This document shows positions 20,301-29,300 of a DNA stretch of 64,000 nt, piece by piece. Numbering within the stretch: the first letter of the stretch is position 1; every line of letters starts with the position of its first letter. The position numbers and the translations under genes are program-made. The notes below the pieces were generated by a model, which was not told the DNA's origin, searched no databases, and worked only from the letters and a program-made list of their open reading frames with translations. Origin of the DNA: Nitrosopumilus sp. (lineage in GTDB: Archaea; Thermoproteota; Nitrososphaeria; Nitrososphaerales; Nitrosopumilaceae); the NCBI GenBank assembly GCA_965205215.1, contig OZ242041.1:32001-96000 (forward strand), written 5' to 3'.

Positions 20301-23300
20301 CCAGCGTGACTGTATCGCCCTCGGCCACTGACTGGTCCGGCCCTGCCTCGACTGCCGGCGGGCTGTTGGCGCTGTCCTCGATGGTAACTGTCATGGTGTC
20401 AGATGTGGTGGAGGTGCCGTCTGTGACCGTCAGGGTGAACTCTACCGGCGTGGCGGAGACGACGTTGGGTGCCGTGAACGAGGGGGACAGCGTGTCGCCG
20501 CCATCAAGCGTTATGGTCGAGGATCCGTTGTGGGTCCACGCGTAGTCCAGGGTGTCCTCGGGGTCGGCGTCAGTAGCCGTTCCCGTCAGGGTCACCTCGG
20601 ATCCTTCCGCGACGGACTGGTCCGACCCGGCGTCTGCGGCCGGCGGGCTGTTGGCGCTGTCCGATATGGTAACCGTCATGGTGTCAGATGTGGTGGAGGT
20701 GCCGTCTGTGACCGTCAGGGTGAACTCTACCGGCGTGGCGGAGACGACGTTGGGTGCCGTGAACGAGGTGGACAGTGCAGCCGCGTCGTCCAGTGTGATG
20801 GCCAGCGTGCCGTTGTGGGTCCACGTGTATACCAGGGTGTCCTCGGGGTCGGCGTCACTCGAGGTTCCCGTCAGGGTCACCTCGGATCCTTCCGCTACGG
20901 ACTGGTCGGCGCCCGCGTCGACTGCCGGCGGGCTGTTGGCGCTGTCCGATATGGTAACCGTCATGGTGTCAGATGTGGTGGAGGTGCCGTCTGTGACCGT
21001 CAGGGTGAACTCTACCGGCGTGGCGGAGACGACGTTGGGTGCCGTGAACGAGGGGGACAGAGCGGCCGCGTCGTCCAGTGTGATGGCCAGCGTGCCGTTG
21101 TGGGTCCACGTGTATGCCAGGGTGTCCTCGGGGTCGGCGTCAGTAGCCGTTCCGGCCAGCGTGACTGTATCGCCCTCGGCCACTGACTGGTCCGGCCCTG
21201 CCTCGACTGCCGGCGGGCTGTTGGCGCTGTCCTCGATGGTAACTGTCATGGTGTCAGATGTGGTGGAGGTGCCGTCTGTGACCGTCAGGGTGAACTCTAC
21301 CGGCGTGGCGGAGACGACGTTGGGTGCCGTGAACGAGGTGGACAGTGCAGCCGCGTCGTCCAGTGTGATGGCCAGCGTGCCGTTGTGGGTCCACGTGTAT
21401 ACCAGGGTGTCCTCGGGGTCGGCGTCAGTAGCCGTTCCGGCCAGCGTGACTGTATCGCCCTCGGCCACTGACTGGTCCGACCCGGCGTCTGCGGCCGGCG
21501 GGCTGTTGGCGCTGTCCGATATGGTAACCGTCATGGTGTCAGATGTGGTGGAGGTGCCGTCTGTGACCGTCAGGGTGAACTCGACCGGCGTGGCGGAGAC
21601 GACGTTGGGTGCCGTGAACGAGGTGGACAGAGCGGCCGCGTCGTCCAGTGTGATGGCCAGCGTGCCGTTGTGGGTCCACGTGTATACCAGGGTGTCCTCG
21701 GGGTCGGCGTCAGTAGCCGTTCCCGTCAGGGTCACCTCGGATCCTTCCGCGACGGACTGATCCGACCCGGCGTCTGCGGCCGGCGGGCTGTTGGCGCTGT
21801 CCGATATGGTAACCGTCATGGTGTCAGATGTGGTGGAGGTGCCGTCTGTGACCGTCAGGGTGAACTCGACCGGCGTGGCGGAGACGACGTTGGGTGCCGT
21901 GAACGAGGGGGACAGCGTGTCGCCGCCATCAAGCGTTATGGTCGAGGATCCGTTGTGGGTCCACGAGTATGCCAGGGTGTCCTCGGGGTCGGCGTCAGTG
22001 GCGGTTCCGGCCAGCGTGACTGTATCGCCCTCGGCCACTGACTGGTCCGACCCGGCGTCTGCGGCCGGCGGGCTGTTGGCGCTGTCCGATATGGTAACCG
22101 TCATGGTGTCAGATGTGGTGGAGGTGCCGTCTGTGACCGTCAGGGTGAACTCGACTGGGACATCAGAGACGACGTTGGGTGCCGTGAACGAGGGGGACAG
22201 CGTGTCGCCGCCATCAAGCGTTATGGTCGAGGATCCGTTGTGGGTCCACGCGTAGTCCAGGGTGTCCTCGGGGTCGGCGTCAGTAGCCGTTCCCGTCAGG
22301 GTCACCTCGGATCCTTCCGCGACGGACTGGTCCGACCCGGCGTCTGCGGCCGGCGGGCTGTTGGCGCTGTCCGATATGGTAACCGTCATGGTGTCAGATG
22401 TGGTGGAGGTGCCGTCTGTGACCGTCAGGGTGAACTCGACCGGCGTGGCGGAGACGACGTTGGGTGCCGTGAACGAGGTGGACAGTGCAGCCGCGTCGTC
22501 CAGTGTGATGGCCAGCGTGCCGTTGTGGGTCCACGCGTATGCCAGGACGTCCTCGGGGTCGGCGTCACTCGAGGTTCCCGTCAGGGTCACCTCGGATCCT
22601 TCCGCTACGGACTGGTCGGCGCCCGCGTCGACTGCCGGCGGGCTGTTGGCGCTGTCCGATATGGTAACCGTCATGGTGTCAGATGTGGTGGAGGTGCCGT
22701 CTGTGACCGTCAGGGTGAACTCTACCGGCGTGGCGGAGACGACGTTGGGTGCCGTGAACGAGGTGGACAGTGCAGCCGCGTCGTCCAGTGTGATGGCCAG
22801 CGTGCCGTTGTGGGTCCACGTGTATGCCAGGGTGTCCTCGGGGTCGGCGTCACTCGAGGTTCCCGTCAGGGTCACCTCGGATCCTTCCGCGACGGACTGG
22901 TCCGACCCGGCGTCTGCGGCCGGCGGGCTGTTGGCGCTGTCCGATATGGTAACCGTCATGGTGTCAGATGTGGTGGAGAGCCCGTCTGTGACCGTCAGGG
23001 TGAACTCGACTGGGACGTCAGAATCGACGTTGGGTGCCGTGAACGAGGGGGTCGGCGTGTCGCCTCCATCAAGCGTTATGGCCAGCGTGCCGTTGCGGGT
23101 CCACGCGTATGCCAGGACGTCCTCGGGGTCGGCGTCAGTAGCCGTTCCGGCCAGCGCGACGGTCTCGCCCTCTGTCACGGACTGGTCCGGCCCTGCCTCG
23201 ACGGCCGGCGGATTATTCGGCAGGATGCCGGCGGTGGCCACTGTGACAGTCCCGGTGGCGGGGTCGGCGCCAAAGTCCGCCCCGTCGGCCCTGATCCTCA

Positions 23301-26300
23301 CCTGGTGCTCGCCCGCCTCCAGTCCGAGGCCCGGCCTGAGCCGCAGGACGCCGTCGGCGTCCACCTCGAACTTGTCGGAGTTGGGGCCGGCAGGATCCAC
23401 CGTGTAGGCCGGGTTGTGGCCGGCCAGGTACCCGTTCTGGGGCAGGATGGTGCCCGCGGCCCCGTCGCTGGCGGCGATGGTATGGCCGTCCAGGGTGACA
23501 TACCAGGGGCCCAGGTCCTGGTCGAAGAGGGTGGCGCCATCGAACATCGAGCTCATGTCGGCGGCGGCCGAGACGTTCCAGGGCGAGATATCCTGGTCAA
23601 AGGAGGAGGCGCCCGAGAACATGTAGGACGTGTCGGTGACTGCCGAGACGTCCCATCCCGATACGTCCCGGTCAAAGGAGGAGGCGCCATCGAACATGCC
23701 GGACATGGAGGTGACTGCCGAGACGTCCCATCCCGATACGTCGCCGTCAAAGGAGGAGGCGCCGTAGAACATGATGTTCATGTTGGTGACTGCCGAGACG
23801 TCCCATCCCGATACGTTGCCGTCAAAGGAGGAGGCGCCCGAGAACATGGCGTTCATGTTGGTGACTGCCGAGACGTCCCATCCCGATACGTCCCGGTCAA
23901 AGGAGGAGGCGCCCGAGAACATGGCCGGCATGGAGGTGACTGCCGAGACGTCCCATCCCGATACGTTGCCGTCAAAGGAGGAGGCGCCCGAGAACATGCC
24001 GGACATGTCGGTGACTGCCGAGACGTCCCATCCCGATACGTCGCCGTCAAAGGAGGAGGCGCCGTAGAACATGTAGGACATGTCTGCGATGCCCGAGACG
24101 TCCCATCCCGATACGTCGCCGTCAAAGGAGGAGGCGCCCGAGAACATCGAGGCCGTGCTGCCCGCCCCGGACAGGTCGGGGGCGTCCGCGGCCCTGTAGG
24201 CCATGTTGGACGCGCCCATAAAGGCCCTGTCCATGGTGGTCCAGGGGATGTCGCCCCACTGGTCTATCGAGGCCAGCCTGGCGGCGTTGGCAGGGTCGCC
24301 GGCCAGGGAGATCCTCTCAAAGCCGCCGGTGATCGAGATGGTGTGGTTGCCGGGCTGCCCGTAGGCGTGCGTCCGGTCGCCGGAGACGCCGGTCTGGACG
24401 GTGCCGTCGCCCCAGTCGATGTCATAGGCGGCCGTCGAGCCCCCGACGGGGATGCTCACCTGCTCGCCGGGGGCGGTGGTCCTCCAGGTGGTGACAAAGC
24501 TGTGGCCGTCCAGCACGTCGCGCGCGGCCGGCGGGACGTCGGCGATGGTGATTGTGACGGTGTCAGATATGGTGGAGGTGCCGTCGGTGACCGTCAGGGT
24601 GAACTCGATGGTAACGTCTGCGTCGACCTCCGGGGCGACAAACGACGGCGACAGCGTGCCGGCTCCGCTCATCTGGATGGCGGCGGTGCCGTTGTGGGTC
24701 CACGTGTAGTCCAGGACGTCCCCCGGGTCGGCGTCAGAAGCGGTCCCGGCCAGCGTGACGGTATCGCCCTCGGCCACGGACTGGTCCGGCCCTGCGTCTG
24801 CGGCCGGCGGGCGGTTGGCCGGGGCGGACCCCGTGACGGTGACGGTCGCGTCCCCGCTCCAGTCGCCGGAGGGGGCGCCGTCGTAGCGGGCCAGCAGCCT
24901 CACCTTGTAGGGCTGGTCCTCCTCCAGGCCTGTGATGGTGTGGCGCGGCTCGGCCGGGAAGGCGTTGCCCGACAGGTCCTCAAAGCCCTTGTAGGGCTCG
25001 CCCGCCCTGGCCCAGGATATCCTGTAGTCGGCGGGGCCCTCGGAGGGGGGCTCCCAGGAGGCCTCCAGCACGCCGGGGACCGAGCTGACCAGGGTAATCC
25101 TGCCTATGTCGCGGGGCCCGGGCGGCCCGGACGGCTCCAGCACGGCGGTGTTTACGGGCGGGTCGTTGGCCGGATCGTTCAGGATCGTGACGACCGCGGC
25201 GTCCGAGGCGGCGCCGCCGTAGCTGTCGGTGACGCTCAGGGTAAATGTGACGGTGGCGTTGCCGGCGTAGAGCCGGGGGGCGGCAAACGAGGCCGACGGG
25301 GCCGCCGGGTCGTCCAGGGTGATGCCCAGGTCCGGCCTGTCGTGCGTCCACGAGTAGGCCAGGGCGTACTCGGAGCCGGAGGCCGAGCCCTCCAGGGTCA
25401 CCTCGGAGCCCTCCACGACTGCCAGGTCGGCCCCGGCGTCGGCGGCCAGGCCGGCGTTGGCGCCGTCCGGGATGGTGATTGTGACGGTGTCAGATGCGGT
25501 GTCCGTCCCGTCGGTGACCGTCAGGGTGAACTCGACGGCGGTGGCCCCCAGGACGTCGGGCGCGGCAAACGAGGGGGACGGGGCCGACGGGTCGTCCAGC
25601 GTGATGCCCAGGTCCGGCCTGTCGTGGGTCCACGAATATGCCAGGACGTCCCCCGGGTCGGCGTCAGTGGCGGTCCCGGCCAGCGTGACGGTATCGCCCT
25701 CGGCCACGGTCCGGTCGGCGCCCGCGTCGACTGCCGGCGGGCTGTTGGCCGATCCCGTGACGGTGATGATCGCGTCCCCGCTCCAGGCGCCGGAGGTGCC
25801 GCTGTAGGTGGCGCGCACCTGCACCTTGTAGGGCTGGCCCGCCTCCAGACCGGTGATGGTATGGTCCGGCTCGGTCGGGTAGGCGTTGCCGTCCGGATCC
25901 CTGAAGGACGGGTAGGACTCGCCCACCTTGGCCCAGGTGACCCGGTAGCCGGCGGGGCCCTCGGTGGGAGGCTCCCAGGAGGCCTCCAGCACTCCGGGGA
26001 CCGAGCTGACCAGGGTGATCCTGCCGATGTCGCGGGAATCGCGCGGGCTGGGCGGCTCCAGCACGGCGGTGTTTACGGGCGGGTCGTTGGCAGGATCGTT
26101 CAGGATCGTGACGACCGCGGCGTCCGAGGCGGTCGCGCCGTACTGGTCGGTGACGCTCAGGGTAAAGGTGACGGTGGTGCTGCTGGCGTAGACCACCGGG
26201 GCGGCAAACGAGGGGGACAGTGCAGACGGGTCGTCCAGCGTGATGCCCAGGTCCGGCCTGTCGTGCGTCCACGAGTAGGCCAGGGCGTACTCGGAGCCGG

Positions 26301-29300
26301 AGGCCGAGCCCGCCAGGGTCACCTCGGAGCCCTCCCCGACTGCCAGGTCGGCTCCGGCGTCGGCGGCCAGGTCGGCGTTGGCGCCGTCCGGGATGGTGAT
26401 TGTGACGGTGTCAGATACGGTGGCCCTCCCGTCGGTGACCGTCAGGGTGAACTCGACGGCGGTGGCCCCCAGGACGTCGGGCGCGGCAAACGAGGGGGAC
26501 AGTGCAGACGGGTCGTCCAGCGTGACGTTCAGGTCCGGCCTGTCGTGGGTCCACGAATATGCCAGGACGTCCCCCGGGTCGGCGTCAGTGGCGGTCCCGG
26601 CCAGCGTGACGGTCTCGCCCTCGGCCACGGTCCGGTCGGCGCCCGCGTCGACTGCCGGCGGGCTGTTGACCTGCCCCACGACGGTGATGATCGCGTCCCC
26701 GCTCCAGGCGCCGGAGGGGCCTGCGTCGTAGCGGGCCAGCAGCCTCACCTTGTAGGGCTGGTCCTCCTCCAGGCCGGTGATGGTGTGGCGCGGCTCGGCC
26801 GGGAAGGCGTTGCCCGACAGGTCCTCAAAGCCCCTGTAGGGCTCGCCCACCTTGGCCCAGGATATCCGGTAGTCGGCGGGGCCGTCGGTGGGAGGCTCCC
26901 AGGAGGCCTCCAGCGCCCCGGGGGCCGAGCTGGACAGGGTGATCCTGCCTATGTCGCGGGGCCCTGGCGGCCCGGACGGCTCCAGCACGGCGGTGTTTAC
27001 GGGCGGGTCGTTGGCCGGATCGTTCAGGATTGTGACGACCGCGGCGTCCGAACCGGTCGCGTTGTACTGGTCGGTGGCGCTCAGGGTAAAGGTGACGGTG
27101 GCGTTGCCGGCGTAGAGCCGGGGGGCGGCAAACGAGGTGGACAGTGCAGCCGCGTCGTCCAGTGCGATGCCCAGATCCGGCCGGTCGTGCGTCCACGAGT
27201 AGGCCAGGACGTCCCCGGGGTAGGCGCCGGAGGCCGTTCCGGCCAGGAACACCTCGGATCCCTCTGCCACAGTCTGGTCGGCGCCGGCGCCGACAGTCGG
27301 ATGGCCCCTGGCGGATCCCGCGACGGTGATGATCGCGTCCCCGCTCCAGGCGCCGGAGGCGCCGTTGTAGACGGCGCGCATCTTCACCTTGTAGGGCTGG
27401 CCCTCCTCCAGGCCGGTGATGGTGTGGCGCGGCTCGGTCGGGTAGGCGTTGCCCGACAGGTCCTCAAATCCCCTGTAGGACTCGCCCGCCCTGGCCCAGG
27501 ATATCCGGTAGTTGGCGGGGCTGTCGGAGGGCTCCTCCCAGGAGGCCTCCAGCGCCCCGGGTACCGAGCTGGACAGGGTGATCCTGCCTATGTCGCGGGG
27601 CCCTGGCGGCCCGGGCGGCTCCAGCACGACGGTGTCTGACGGGTCGTTGGCAGGATCGTTCAGTATTGTGACGAGCGCGGTGTCCGAGGCGGCGGCCCCG
27701 AGGCTGTCGGTGACGGTCAGCGTAAAGGAGACGGGCGTGTCGGCGGTGACGTTGGGGGCGGTGAACGACGGGGAGAGCGTGTCGGCGCCCGAGACGGCGA
27801 TGCCCAGGTCCGGCCGGTCGTGGGTCCACCGGTAGGCGGGGGCATAGTAGTCCGAGCCGGTGGCGGCGCCCTCCAGGGTCACCCCGGAGCCCTCGGCCGC
27901 TGTCAGGTCGGCCCCGGCGTCGGCCGTCGGGGCGGCCGTATGGAGCACATCTATGGGCCGGTCGGCGGTGCCGGCTATCCCGCGGCCGGACAGGCCAAAG
28001 ACTGCGTCCTCGTCGACGTCCAGCTGGGGAGCGGACATGGCCGCCACCTCCGAGCGCTGCGCGTCGGCCAGCACGAAGGTGAGGGTGGCGCCGGAGGCCG
28101 GCCCCGCCTGGGCGCCGTCCAGCCGGACGCCGCCGGCGTCCCGGCCCTGCTCGCGGACGTGCAGGCGATCATGGTTGGCCGTCCCGTTGAGCGGCTCGCT
28201 GAAGGTGATGGTGAGCCTGCCGTCGCCTGTCGCGTAGGCGGCCGAGGCAAGCTCGGGTTCGGTGGAGGTGACCGTGACGGTCCTGGTGGCGGGGTCGGCG
28301 CCAAAGTACACCCCGGCGGCCAGGATTCTCACCTGGTGCTCGCCCGCCTCCAGTCCGAGGCCCGGCCTGAGCCGCAGGACGCCGTCGGCGTCCACCTCGA
28401 ACTTGTCGGAGTTGGGGCCGGCAGGGTCCACCGCGTAGGCCGGGCGGTGGCCGGCCAGGTACTCGTTCTGCGGCGAGATTGTGCCGACTGCCCCCCCGGC
28501 GGCGAGGGCATGGCCGTCCAGTGTGACATACCAGGGGCCCAGGTCCTGGTCAAAGAGGGTGGCGCCGCTGAACATGTTGTCCATGTAGAGTACAGAGGAG
28601 ACGTCCCATCCGGAGACGTCCTGGTTGAAGGAGGAGGCCCTGTTGAACATGTACTCCATGTAGAGTACAGAGGAGACGTCCCATCCGGAGACGTCCTGGT
28701 CAAAGGAGGAGGCGCCGTCGAACATGGCGAACGTTTCGGTGACGGCGCCGACGTCCCATCCGGAGATGTCCTGGTCAAAGGAGGAGGCGCCCGCGAACAT
28801 GATGGCCATGCTGGTCACCTGCGAGACGTCCCATCCGGAGACGTCCTGGTCAAAGGAGGAGGCGCCGCTGAACATGTTGCCCATGTCGGTGACGCCGGAC
28901 ACGTCCCAGGCGGACAGGTCGCCGTCAAAGGAGGAGGCGCCCGCGAACATGGATCGCATGTCGGTCACGCCCGAGACGTCCCAGGATGACAGGTTGCCGT
29001 CAAAGGAGGAGGCGCCGTTGAACATCGAGACCGTGCTGTCCACCCCGGTCAGGTCGGGCGCGTCGGCCGCCCGGTAGACCATGTTGGCGGCCCCGGCAAA
29101 CGCCCCGTCCATGTCAGTCCAGGAGATGGCGCCCCACTGGTCTATCGAGGCCAGACTGGCGGCGTTGGCCCTGTCGCCGGCCAGGGAGATCCTCTCAAAG
29201 CCGCCGGTGATCGAGACGGTGTGGTTGCCGGGCTGCCCGTAGGTGTGCGTCTGGTCGCCGGAGACGCCGGTCTGGACGGTGCCGTCGCCCCAGTCGATGT

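Noticed and set aside
15905-23215. Regular 75-bp and 285-bp repeats as a possible CRISPR array
   Set aside because: The repeats are in-frame coding units without unique spacers, and no cas genes are present.
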